Assembly: GCA_050230475.1 (NCBI GenBank)
Contig: JBFLGF010000026.1
Location: 62,001-126,000 of the forward strand
Direction of reading: 5' to 3'
Origin: Ancylonema sp.
Lineage: Eukaryota
DNA: 64,000 bases
Shown here: piece after piece, positions 25,011 to 36,739 of the stretch
Position numbering within the stretch: position 1 is the stretch's first letter
How the letters are laid out: each line of letters starts with the position of its first letter
The notes under the pieces: model-generated
What the model saw: only the letters and a program-made list of their open reading frames with translations
The model's database searches: none
Told to the model about the DNA's origin: nothing
Position numbers and translations under genes: made by a program

Positions 25011-25922
25011 GAGCATATCTTATGGCAGACTAACTAGGCCCGACTGTGTCGATTTTTGACTTGCGCCAAAGTCAGTCAACGCCTTAGTTAGTATTGTCGT
25101 TCTTATGGCAGATTCTAAGCACGGTCAAAGCTCGAAAAGTTAGTTGCGCCTGGAATCCCGACTAACTGCTGACTAAAGTTAGTCGGCACGTAGCAGGCGA
25201 CTAACTCCTATGACGTGGCTGTACGGAAACTTCGACGAATCACAGAGCCCGTCACCGTCCAGTCACCCAAACTGCGACCTGAACCTTGCCGCTGGCCTGT
25301 TGGTGGTATCCCCCTCGCTGAAATCGTTCTGACATCACACGCTCAGTCGCTGACACGATTTGCCCGCCTTGAATGCCTTCTTCGCCGTTTATTCTGAAAA
25401 ATATACACATCGATAGCCCTAGCAAGCAACTATTCTCGGTCAAAAAATCAGAGGAAAACGTGTGGTTTTTCGTAGTCTTTCACTAGTCACGCGTTTTTTG
25501 GGGTCATGTTACTATTTTAAATACTGTGAGTTATTTGAACGACATAAAATTTATCTAGATACATTTTCTGAAATTTAAGACATTTACTCTTCATTTGAAT
25601 ATCTCCGCTTTAAATTTTATTTCGAATTGGTGTAGGGCGGATAAATCGTAGACTGGTGGCCGGTTCTGAGAGGAACGAACGCTGGGTGACGCGAGGAGCA
25701 GGTGGAGGAGGAGGCAACCAGCCGGGGTTCTGAGTTTCGCTGATGTGGCATCCGATTGATCGGCTGCTGACTGGACATAAGAATATTTTAAGTTAGACCG
25801 CCATAATAACTTTTTTAATATAACATGCGAGATACGAGTTAGAATTCGGCCGCTTTGGGGTCATTTTGACCCCGAAAGTACAGGCTTAGAACGGCTGAGT
25901 TAGTCTGCCATAAGATATGCTC
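25011..25922. mobile_element. PIF/Harbinger (Tourist-like) non-autonomous element B
   Basis: TAA|GAGCATATCTTATGGCAGACTAACT ... AGTTAGTCTGCCATAAGATATGCTC|TAA: perfect 25-bp TIR, TAA TSD. Confidence 0.93.
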
Positions 25923-26324
25923 TAAGGCGACCGGCAAAATAAATCGCGTGTCACACTGACCCCGACACTGAGTTCGCGTCGAAACCCGTGAGCTACCCGA
26001 CCAAACTCGCTGTCGACCCCGGCGTCACTGCCCATAAGAGCATATCTTATGCGCCGGGGATTTTGGCCGTGGATTCGGCGTTCCGTAGGTTTGAAACTGT
26101 ACGGTTTCATCTGGATCCAAAACCTGAAAAGTCGAAATTTGTACGGCAAGTGATTTTCCCCGCCCCGATTCCCTGTGGCAACCCCTATGCACTTCACCGT
26201 GGATTTCGAATTTCGTGCCACCGTGGCATACGCGTGATCCTTTTGTTCCCCTTCTTCTACCCCCTTGTCTGCGATTCCTCACTCTCCATAATACTGCAGC
26301 TTGTGCCACCTCTAAATTTCGCCA

Positions 26325-27674
26325 ATGGATCGATTCTAGGCCGAATGTGAGGCGGTCATCATGCACCATTATTCTAGGTGGCGTGAAGAGCGGGTCGAAC
26401 GCCCCCGCACCGAAAAAGTCGAAGAGCAATTGAGTTTCCACTTGTTTGAAGAGCTGCGCCGCAAAAACTACATGTTGATCCAGACTCTCAGCCATAAATC
26501 TTCCGCCTTGTAGCTTAGATTACTTACAAGGGGCCGCAGGCCGAAGCGTGTATTTCAACATGATGTCGACCACGACCTCATCATGAGGGAGTATTTTGGC
26601 TACGCAGAGAAGAAGGACGACGCTGGCAATGTGACGTCTCCCGCGGTACCGCCAGTATGCGACGATGATACCTTCAAGAGGAGATGGAGGATGCCACGGA
26701 ACCTGGTCGAGACCCTTCACGAGGAGACCACTGATGACACTACCGGCCACCCGTTTTTCCGCATTGGCCCTGATGCTCTCGGGAATAAGGGGTGCACGTC
26801 GCTGCAAAAACTTTTTGCTACACTCTGAATTGAACACCGAATTCGTTCACATTTCGGAGGAGACCGCGCGGAAGGCGCTAAAAGCATTTTGCGAGTGGTG
26901 TGTGAAGTTTTACGGTAGAGTGATTCACGGGGAGTGGAGTAGAGAGGACTTGCAGGTAGAGATGGATGCCATGGCCAAGAAAGGATTCCCTAGGTGTATT
27001 GGCTCTATAGACTGTAGCCATTGGGTGTGGAAAAACTGCCCAATTTCATATCAAGGTTTTTTTCCATAATAAAGATCACAGGCGCTCGGTTAGCCAAGTC
27101 GTCCATAAAAAACAAGTACGTGAGGAGCGAGGCTAAGGAAATGACCTATGAGTTGGGGGGGGTGGAGTACAAGGGGGCCTACTTCTTGGGTGATGGTATT
27201 TACCCTAATTTCACATACTTTATGAAAACAATCAACCGCCCAATGACAGAGGAGCATGCATTCTATGCTAGCTGGCAGGAAGGGAGAAAGAAGGATATAG
27301 AGAGAGCATTTGGAAGGATGCAGATCAAGTGGGCAATACTACAGACGGGGTGTAGGCTATGGAGGTTGAAAGACATATGTAACATTTGGTCGACTATAGC
27401 CATACTTCACAACCTCACTATCCGGGAGCAGCAGATACGGGGAGAGCCGCGAGAGGATCTACGGGCAGATCCGCCAGAAGGGGTGAATGTGGCCAAGGCC
27501 AAGGAGATCAGCGACCGCATGGAGAGAGTGCCTTTCACCTACACTGCTCCCGTGGATACGACTGTTTTTACAGAGTATGAGGGGAGATGGAGAACATTGA
27601 GGAACGCCCTTGTGAGGCACTTGTGGCTCAACAGGACGTTCTTGAAAGCTGCTCGGGATGAAGGCAGAATATAA
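26325..27674 (+). pseudogene. Harbinger DDE transposase, disrupted
   Basis: GFPRCIGSIDCSHWVWKNCP, YFLGDGIYP, QEGRKKDIERAFG, ILHN motifs. TAG at 26337 and 26511, and two internal deletions (near 26826 and 27091) relative to the right copy. Confidence 0.9.
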
Positions 27675-28479
27675 ACATTACCAACGGTGTTTCTAAACAC
27701 CACCATGAAAAGAAAATATGTCTTCCCTAATAATTGCTATTTCAATGCATACATATTTCATTTTTTGTGTTTATCAACCTTTTTTTTCCTTTTTTTTCCC
27801 CCTATCCCGCTTTGGTGACTTGCTTGGGTTTTTACTCGTTGTATGCAGTAAAATTTTATTTGCTTTTATTGAGATGATATCAGGAAGAAAGCGTGAAGTG
27901 AGGACATGAGTTTCGTTTTATTAATCTGAATTCTTTATTCTGTTTTCTTTTTGGAAAATAGCGATTTGTGTCAACGATGAAATCTATTTGAGGAATGGCT
28001 TCGTAATTACAATACTTGCTACCAGAATTGGAATCCCTTTTTGTTTTTTCTCCATAAAGTATATTCTCTTCCATTTGGTATGTGGCTTTCATCCCACCCG
28101 TGACGAGTTGTTGTTACATGTATTTTCAAAATTGTACTAGGACAAGGAAATTGTATTTTTTTACTTATTCGGATTTCAATATATTCGATTTCATTTTGCA
28201 CATACTATACACTTTCATGAACATCATTGATCCCTTCATCAAAGCATTATTACTTGTTCCACAATCGAACACTACGCAAATACTAGCCATTACTCTCTCC
28301 ATTCATTCATACTACATGGGAACCTCCTCTGTTGGTAGTAAAATGAACTTTGGGGACTCTACCAGCATCCACGTTATCTGCATCCATCACCACGACAAAC
28401 AAATATAGCGATCGGAGCTTAATAATGGAGGATAATAAATCAAAACTTATTAAGTGATGCAGTTGATAGCCTACTTAAT

Positions 28480-29305
28480 TCATTATGCGCGCACAACTGC
28501 ATCCAGTTTGTGTGCACACACAAACTTCAGTTAGGAGTTTAGTGTAAAGAGATACAAAGTGGTGACTACATTCCGTATGCGCGCATAAGCAGTATCCACT
28601 TTGTGCGCACTCACAAACTTCAGTTTGTAGTTTAGGGTATAAATGTTACAAGTGATGACTCATTCTAGTACGCGCGCACAACCTGGGTACAGTTTGTGCG
28701 CGCGTACTGAACGCAGTTGGGAGTTTAGAAATACAAAGAGCTCATTGTTTCCTGTATGCAAACACAAACTCGGCCCAATAGTTATCCAATATGCGCGTAT
28801 CAACTGGGTACAGTTTGTGCGCGCACGCTGAGTTGAGTTGGGAGTTTAGGGTACAGAAGTACAAAGTGTTGATCGTTTTTTATGTGCGCGCACACAGTGT
28901 ATCCAGTTTGTGCGCACATTCTGAATTGAGTTGGGAGTTTAGGGTAAAGAAGTACAAAGTGCTGACTGTTTTTGGTCTGCGCGCACATACTGTATCCAGT
29001 TTGTGCGCACATTTTGAAGTGAGTTGGGAGTTTAAGGTGAAGCAGTACAAAGTGCTGGCTGTTTTTTGTGAGCGCGTACAAACTATATCTAATTTGTGCG
29101 CACATACTGAATTGAGTTGGGAGTTTAGGGTAAAGACGTACAAAGTGCTGACTCTTTTTGGTGTGCGCACACAAACTGTATCCAGTTTGTGCGCACATAC
29201 TGAATTGAGTTGGGAGTTTAGGGTGAAGAAGTACAAAGTGTTGGCTGTTTTCGGTGTGCGCGTACAAACTGTATCCAGTTTGTGCGCACTTAAGAACTTT
29301 AGTTG
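28480..29305. repeat. 90-bp minisatellite (about 9 units) inside the Harbinger; mirrored at about 32550-33375
   Basis: Unit TTGTGCGCACATACTGAATTGAGTTGGGAGTTTAGGGT...GTACAAAGTG...CTGTATCCAGT; 30-aa periodicity in the overlapping ORFs. Confidence 0.9.
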
Positions 29306-29503
29306 GAGGTCAGCAGGAAAACGAAATCATATCCAAGTGACACCACAAAATATGGAGAGAAATTGCGTAGCAGTGGTCAAAGTTGGGGAAGTAACCGAGC
29401 TCTCAATAAATCAACTGGAAGTGCAACAGAAGACCAGATCACGAAACAATCTAGAAAGAAGAGAGCGCCAAGAGTACAAAAGAACACTAAATAAAGAAAC
29501 AAT

Positions 29504-30511
29504 CTACTCCAAGAAATGCTCGGATATCTTCTCATCATCTGATTCTTCAGCGAACTGAGTCTCGGGGACAAAGTCGGCTCCCGGAGTGACACCTAACTTC
29601 TCAGTGTTGTACAGCTCGAGTTGCTTCAAGATCACCCACGACTTGCGTGGACCATCGGCCATGGTATCCGGATTAATGGCCATGATCTCGGCTTTGTATT
29701 TCATGAACTCCAGATCTTGTTCTCGTTTCTCGACTTCTATCTGCTGCAACTTCACTGCATTCCCTTCTTCGTGAACCTTTACGAATTTCTCACTCACAGC
29801 TTCTAAGTCAATTATCTCCTGTCCAATCGGGATCCCACTTACCCCCTCCTTCAGTATCTTTCGAGCCCTCTTAGATCCAATAGGGCGTTCCATGGGTCCT
29901 GGAGAAGTGGTCTGGTTGTCGAGAGGGTAGCTATTAAGCTTTTTCCCACCCCTTTTCGTGGGTGTCTTTCCGCACGGATCTACGAAGCCGGGGGCCAACG
30001 GCGCCGCCCACTTCGGGTAATCGCGGAGGACCATCCAACTCCCTAACTCCTTGAACTCCTTCCCACCATTACAATCTTTGTAGAAATGGGCCGTGGATAT
30101 CATTCCATTCTCATCTCCGCCTGAAGGCTTAATGATGTCTCTAACCTGTGCAAATTTCCCCTCAAAGGCCTGACACATGGCATTGAGTCCAGTGCTACCT
30201 CGCCACTTGCTCCGGATGGCGTCGAATGAACGACCGCACTGTCCGTGGATATTATGGCTTAACGGATTGAGCACCATCCACATGTCGTATACCTTTGTCC
30301 AAAAAGCTTCGAACTGCTGTCCGGTACCAGGGCCCCCCATTTTAGTACTCACCGCCACCCAAGCTTCAGAGAGCGTTTTCTTCTCAACCTCCGTCCAATT
30401 GCCCCTGGTGATGAAGGGAGGAAGGGGAACGGCCGCACCACCGGCATCAGGAATGACGACGGGATTGGCATTAGCGGCAGGAGCGACGACATTTGCAGCG
30501 GGCATATCCAT
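29504..30511 (-). CDS. Harbinger Myb/SANT-like DNA-binding protein with NAM-associated-like C-terminus (335 aa, intact)
   Basis: NWTEVEKKTLSEAWVAVS...QQFEAFWTKV...RSFDAIRSKW...WMVLRDYPKW...ERPIGSKRARK. Confidence 0.9.
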   Translation of the reverse strand: MDMPAANVVAPAANANPVVIPDAGGAAVPLPPFITRGNWTEVEKKTLSEAWVAVSTKMGGPGTGQQFEAFWTKVYDMWMVLNPLSHNIHGQCGRSFDAIRSKWRGSTGLNAMCQAFEGKFAQVRDIIKPSGGDENGMISTAHFYKDCNGGKEFKELGSWMVLRDYPKWAAPLAPGFVDPCGKTPTKRGGKKLNSYPLDNQTTSPGPMERPIGSKRARKILKEGVSGIPIGQEIIDLEAVSEKFVKVHEEGNAVKLQQIEVEKREQDLEFMKYKAEIMAINPDTMADGPRKSWVILKQLELYNTEKLGVTPGADFVPETQFAEESDDEKISEHFLE

Positions 30512-31344
30512 GGTGGTAAGTCAATGAACGGACTTCGAGACTCGACTTGAGGGAGGCAATAAGAGATGCTCTAAGAGATCTAAGAGAGGAGATAGTGGGT
30601 TTACTTAGCGCGCCAAAAGTGCGAGGGTTTCGGGAAGGGTCGGCAATGCCACGTAATCGATACGCTGGCGATTGCCTCGTCCGTTCATTCGTCTACGCAA
30701 ATCTACACACGCGTGACGAGAGTGATTCGGGGGTGGATTTCGGCCTGAAATCCACCTCCGAATCACGCAAGTTCAACCAAACGTGAACTTGGCGCACGTG
30801 CGAAATCACTTTGGTTCGCGTAAGGGATGCCCCGGGGATTTCGAAAAATGTAGGTTTGGGATTTGATTAATTCAGAGCGAAAAAGCGGGATCCAGAGCCG
30901 CAGTCCCCAGTGCATAAGAAATGCTCTTAGAGCATCTCTTATGCACGGGGGACTGCGGCTCTGGATCCCGCTTTTTCGCTCTGAATTAATCAAATCCCAA
31001 ACCTACATTTTTCGAAATCCCCGGGGCATCCCTTACGCGAACCAAAGTGATTTCGCACGTGCGCCAAGTTCACGTTTGGTTGAACTTGCGTGATTCGGAG
31101 GTGGATTTCAGGCCGAAATCCACCCCCGAATCACTCTCGTCACGCGTGTGTAGATTTGCGTAGACGAATGAACGGACGAGGCAATCGCCAGCGTATCGAT
31201 TACGTGGCATTGCCGACCCTTCCCGAAACCCTCGCACTTTTGGCGCGCTAAGTAAACCCACTATCTCCTCTCTTAGATCTCTTAGAGCATCTCTTATTGC
31301 CTCCCTCAAGTCGAGTCTCGAAGTCCGTTCATTGACTTACCACC

Positions 31345-32352
31345 ATGGATATGCCCGCTGCAAATGTCGTCGCTCCTGCCGCTAATGCCAATCCCGTCGT
31401 CATTCCTGATGCCGGTGGTGCGGCCGTTCCCCTTCCTCCCTTCATCACCAGGGGCAATTGGACGGAGGTTGAGAAGAAAACGCTCTCTGAAGCTTGGGTG
31501 GCGGTGAGTACTAAAATGGGGGGCCCTGGTACCGGACAGCAGTTCGAAGCTTTTTGGACAAAGGTATACGACATGTGGATGGTGCTCAATCCGTTAAGCC
31601 ATAATATCCACGGACAGTGCGGTCGTTCATTCGACGCCATCCGGAGCAAGTGGCGAGGTAGCACTGGACTCAATGCCATGTGTCAGGCCTTTGAGGGGAA
31701 ATTTGCACAGGTTAGAGACATCATTAAGCCTTCAGGCGGAGATGAGAATGGAATGATATCCACGGCCCATTTCTACAAAGATTGTAATGGTGGGAAGGAG
31801 TTCAAGGAGTTAGGGAGTTGGATGGTCCTCCGCGATTACCCGAAGTGGGCGGCGCCGTTGGCCCCCGGCTTCGTAGATCCGTGCGGAAAGACACCCACGA
31901 AAAGGGGTGGGAAAAAGCTTAATAGCTACCCTCTCGACAACCAGACCACTTCTCCAGGACCCATGGAACGCCCTATTGGATCTAAGAGGGCTCGAAAGAT
32001 ACTGAAGGAGGGGGTAAGTGGGATCCCGATTGGACAGGAGATAATTGACTTAGAAGCTGTGAGTGAGAAATTCGTAAAGGTTCACGAAGAAGGGAATGCA
32101 GTGAAGTTGCAGCAGATAGAAGTCGAGAAACGAGAACAAGATCTGGAGTTCATGAAATACAAAGCCGAGATCATGGCCATTAATCCGGATACCATGGCCG
32201 ATGGTCCACGCAAGTCGTGGGTGATCTTGAAGCAACTCGAGCTGTACAACACTGAGAAGTTAGGTGTCACTCCGGGAGCCGACTTTGTCCCCGAGACTCA
32301 GTTCGCTGAAGTATCAGATGATGAGAAGATATCCGAGCATTTCTTGGAGTAG
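31345..32352 (+). CDS. Harbinger Myb/SANT-like protein, second copy (335 aa, intact)
   Basis: Identical to the 29504-30511 protein except FAEVSDD vs FAEESDD. Confidence 0.9.
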   Translation: MDMPAANVVAPAANANPVVIPDAGGAAVPLPPFITRGNWTEVEKKTLSEAWVAVSTKMGGPGTGQQFEAFWTKVYDMWMVLNPLSHNIHGQCGRSFDAIRSKWRGSTGLNAMCQAFEGKFAQVRDIIKPSGGDENGMISTAHFYKDCNGGKEFKELGSWMVLRDYPKWAAPLAPGFVDPCGKTPTKRGGKKLNSYPLDNQTTSPGPMERPIGSKRARKILKEGVSGIPIGQEIIDLEAVSEKFVKVHEEGNAVKLQQIEVEKREQDLEFMKYKAEIMAINPDTMADGPRKSWVILKQLELYNTEKLGVTPGADFVPETQFAEVSDDEKISEHFLE

Positions 32353-34183
32353 ATTGTTTCTTTATTTAGTGTTCTTTTGTACTCTTGGCGCTCTCTTCTT
32401 TCTAGATTGTTTCGTGATCTGGTCTTCTGTTGCACTTCCACTTGATTTATTGAGAGCTCGGTTACTTCCCCAACTTTGACCACTGCTACGCAATTTCTCT
32501 CCATATTTTGTGGTGTCACTTGGATATGATTTCGTTTTCCTGCTGACCTCCAACTAAAGTTCTTAAGTGCGCACAAACTGGATACAGTTTGTACGCGCAC
32601 ACCGAAAACAGCCAACACTTTGTACTTCTTCACCCTAAACTCCCAACTCAATTCAGTATGTGCGCACAAACTGGATACAGTTTGTGTGCGCACACCAAAA
32701 AGAGTCAGCACTTTGTACGTCTTTACCCTAAACTCCCAACTCAATTCAGTATGTGCGCACAAATTAGATATAGTTTGTACGCGCTCACAAAAAACAGCCA
32801 GCACTTTGTACTGCTTCACCTTAAACTCCCAACTCACTTCAAAATGTGCGCACAAACTGGATACAGTATGTGCGCGCAGACCAAAAACAGTCAGCACTTT
32901 GTACTTCTTTACCCTAAACTCCCAACTCAATTCAGAATGTGCGCACAAACTGGATACACTGTGTGCGCGCACATAAAAAACGATCAACACTTTGTACTTC
33001 TGTACCCTAAACTCCCAACTCAACTCAGCGTGCGCGCACAAACTGTACCCAGTTGATACGCGCATATTGGATAACTATTGGGCCGAGTTTGTGTTTGCAT
33101 ACAGGAAACAATGAGCTCTTTGTATTTCTCAACTCCCAACTGCGTTCAGTACGCGCGCACACACTGTACCCAGGTTGTGCGCGCGTTCTAGAATGAGTCA
33201 TCACTTGTAACATTTATACCCTCCACTCCAAACTGAAGTTTGCGAGTGCGCACAAAGTGGATACTGCTTATGCGCGCATACGGAATGCAGTCACCACTTT
33301 GTGTCTCTTTACACTAAACACCTAACTGAAGTTTGTGTGTGCGCACAAACTGGATACACAATTGTGCGTGCATAATGAATTAAGTAGGCTATCATGCATC
33401 ACTTAATAAGTTTTGATTTATTATCCTCCATTATTAAGCTCCGATCGCTATATTTGTTTGTCGTGGTGATGGATGCAGATAACGTGGATGCTGGTAGAGT
33501 CCCCAAAGTTCATTTTACTACCAACAGAGGAGGTTCCCATGTAGTATGAATGAATGGAGAGAGTAATGGCTAGTATTTGCGTAGTGTTCGATTGTGGAAC
33601 AATTGGAATAATGCTTTGATGAAGGGATCAATGATGTTCATGAAAATGTATAGTACGTGCAATAAAATCGAATATATTGAAATCCATCCGAATAAGTAAA
33701 AAAATACAATTTCCTTGTCCTAGTACAATTTTGAAAATACATGTAACAACAACTCGTCACGGGTGGGATGAAAGCCACATACCAAATGGAAGAGAATATA
33801 CTTTATGGAGAAAAAACAAAAAGGGATTCCAATTCTGGTAGCAAGTATTAATTACGAAGCCATTCCTCAAATAGATTTCATCGTTGACACAAATCGCTAT
33901 TTTCCAAAAAGAAAACAGAATAAAGAATTCAGATTAATAAAACGAAACTCATGTCCTCACTTCACGCTTTCTTCCTGATATCATCTCAATAAAAGCAAAT
34001 AAAATTTTACTGCATACAACGAGTAAAAACCCAAGCAAGTCACCAAAGCGGGATAGGGGGAAAAAAAAGGAAAAAAAAGGTTGATAAACACAAAAAATGA
34101 AATATGTATGCATTGAAATAGCAATTATTAGGGAAGACATATTTTCTTTTCATGGTGGTGTTTAGAAACACCGTTGGTAATGT

Positions 34184-35643
34184 TTATATTCTGCCTTCAT
34201 CCCGAGCAGCTTTCAAGAACGTCCTGTTGAGCCACAAGTGCCTCACAAGGGCGTTCCTCAATGTTCTCCATCTCCCCTCATACTCTGTAAAAACAGTCGT
34301 ATCCACGGGAGCAGTGTAGGTGAAAGGCACTCTCTCCATGCGGTCGCTGATCTCCTTGGCCTTGGCCACATTCACCCCTTCTGGCGGATCTGCCCGTAGA
34401 TCCTCTCGCGGCTCTCCCCGTATCTGCTGCTCCCGGATAGTGAGGTTGTGAAGTATGGCTATAGTCGACCAAATGTTACATATGTCTTTCAACCTCCATA
34501 GCCTACACCCCGTCTGTAGTATTGCCCACTTGATCTGCATCCTTCCAAATGCTCTCTCTATATCCTTCTTTCTCCCTTCCTGCCAGCTAGCATAGAATGC
34601 ATGCTCCTCTGTCATTGGGCGGTTGATTGTTTTCATAAAGTATGTGAAATTAGGGTAAATACCATCACCCAAGAAGTAGGCCCCCTTGTACTCCACCCCC
34701 CCCAACTCAATAGGTCATTTCCTTAGCCTCGCTCCTCACGTACTAGTTTTTTATGGACGACTTGGCTAACACGTTCAAATCATTGTTCGACCTTGGGAGA
34801 CCCACAAACACGTGTGATAAGTACATGTCGTGGCCAGCTACTGCTTCAATGATAACCGAGCGCTGTGATCTTTATTCTGGAAAAAACCTTGTCTTGCCAT
34901 GAAACTGGGCAGTTTTCCCACACCCAATGGCTACAGTCTATAGAGCCAATACACCCAGGGAATCCTTTCTTGGCCATGGCATCCATCTCTGCCTGCAAGT
35001 CCTCTCTACTCCACTCCCCGTGAATCACTCCACCGTAAAACTTCACACACCACTCGCAAAATAGCGCCTTCCGCGCGGTCTCCTCCGAAATGTGAACGAA
35101 TTCGGTGTTCAGTTCAGCTGCAATTCCATAGCATATATGTCGGAGTGCAGCAAAAAGTTTCTGCAGCGACGTGCACCCCTTATTCCCGAGAGTATCAGGG
35201 CTTGTGCGGGAAAACGGGTGGCCGGTAGTGTCATCAGTGATCTCCTCGTGAAGGGTCTCGACCAGGTTCCATGACATCCTCCATCTTCTCTTGAAGGTAT
35301 CATCGTCGCATACTGGCGGTACCGCGGGAGCCGTCACATTGCGAGCGTCGTCCTTTTTCTCTGCGTAGCCAAAATACTCCCTCACGATGAGGTCGTAGTC
35401 GACATCATGATGAAATACACGCTTCGGCCTGCGGCCCCTTGTAAGTAATCTGAGCTGCAAGGCGGACGATTTATGGCTGAGAGTCTAGATCAGCTTGTAG
35501 TTTTTGCGGCGCAGCTCTTCAATCAACTGGAAACTCAATTGCTCTTCGACCCTTTCGGTGCGGCAGCGTTCGACCCGCTCTTCACGCCACCTAGAATAAT
35601 GGTGCATGATGACCGCCTCACATTCTGCCTACAATCGATCCAT
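34184..35643 (-). pseudogene. Harbinger DDE transposase, disrupted, second copy
   Basis: GFPGCIGSIDCSHWVWENCPVSWQ and the same C-terminal motifs; TAG at 35631 and 35487; frameshifts near 34880 and 34710. Confidence 0.9.
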
Positions 35644-35939
35644 CGGCGAAATTTAGAAGTGGCCCCAAGCTGCAGTAATATGGAGAGTGAGGAATCGCAG
35701 ACATTTCAAGGTGGTAGAAGAAGGGGAACATAAGGATCACGCGTATGCCACGGTGGCACGAAATTCGAAATCCATGCTGAAGTGCATAGGGGTTGCCACA
35801 GGGAATCGGGGCGGGGAAAATCACTTGCCGTACAAATTTCGACTTTTCAGGTTGTGGATCCAGATGAAACCGTACAGTTTCAAACCTACGGAACGCCGAA
35901 TCCACGGCCAAAATCCCCGGCGCATAAGATATGCTCTAA

Positions 35940-36612
35940 AAGCATAGCTTATGGGACTGAGGATTCGCTGAGTTTGGTTGGGGAGAAATGTACAAATATT
36001 GTACGGCTTTTTCGAAATCCCCAACCTGAAACAATTGAATTTGTACGGTATGCCAATTCGTACTGCTTATGGGAGCTCCGCCGATCTCGAATTCAGTGTC
36101 ACGGTGGCATACGACGACGCATCGTATCTCGAACAATCATTACATCCAATCCATCGGCGGTTAGGATTAACCTTCGGAACCGGAGTACCGCATCCAACGC
36201 GTCAGAATTAAAATCCCTAGATTATGTAGGTATTTTACTTGAATAACCGTCTTCCATTGGTTGCGGGAGCTACGCGCTCAGTTCACGACTAAAATTAGAC
36301 GTACGGACAGCGTCTTTTTCCGGCTGGTCAACTGTGCTGTGATTGGCTCACAAATCCTCAAACAAAATCCCCGGAGTGATTTTCCTGAGGATTCTGCCCC
36401 CAAATCCTCAGGAAAGAGTGATTTTCCTGAGGATTCTGGCCCCAAATCCTCAGGAAAACCACTCTGTCGATTTACAAAATGGATTTTCAAATCACTTTGG
36501 TTCCGATACGCAGCGATTTGACGATTTATTTTCATGTTGGTGGGGGATTCGATTAATTTAGGGGCTCTCCCCAACCAAAGTCGACGAATCCTCAGTCCCA
36601 TGAGCTATGCTC
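35940..36612. mobile_element. PIF/Harbinger non-autonomous element C
   Basis: TAA|AAGCATAGCTTATGGGACTGAGGATTCG ... CGAATCCTCAGTCCCATGAGCTATGCTC|TAA; internal direct repeat of GATTTTCCTGAGGATTCTG..CCCAAATCCTCAGGAAA. Confidence 0.9.
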
Positions 36613-36739
36613 TAAGTCATGCGGCAGAGCCGGATCTTGTTAATAGATCGGAATATCCCAGAGGTTCATAACCCGAAACTGAAAACCTGAAATAAGGGTA
36701 TAAATTGCTTTAGTTTTTTAGTAAATCTATAACAATCTA

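Larger units (their letters stand above)
26038..30926 (+). mobile_element. PIF/Harbinger element, left arm of palindromic doublet
   Basis: TAA|GAGCATATCTTATGC ... GCATAAGAAATGCTC|TTA; convergent transposase (+) and Myb-like (-) genes. Confidence 0.93.
30930..35936 (-). mobile_element. PIF/Harbinger element, right arm of palindromic doublet
   Basis: TTA|GAGCATCTCTTATGC ... GCATAAGATATGCTC|TAA; reverse complement of 26038-30926. Confidence 0.93.

Noticed and set aside
28480..29305. CRISPR-like regular repeat
   Set aside because: Whole units are homologous with no unique spacers, no cas genes, and the context is a eukaryotic transposon.
28791..29558. 255-aa ORF with 30-aa repeats, its mirror 32298-33065 and overlapping ORFs
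   Set aside because: By-products of the 90-bp minisatellite; open in several frames and strands, with no recognisable domain.
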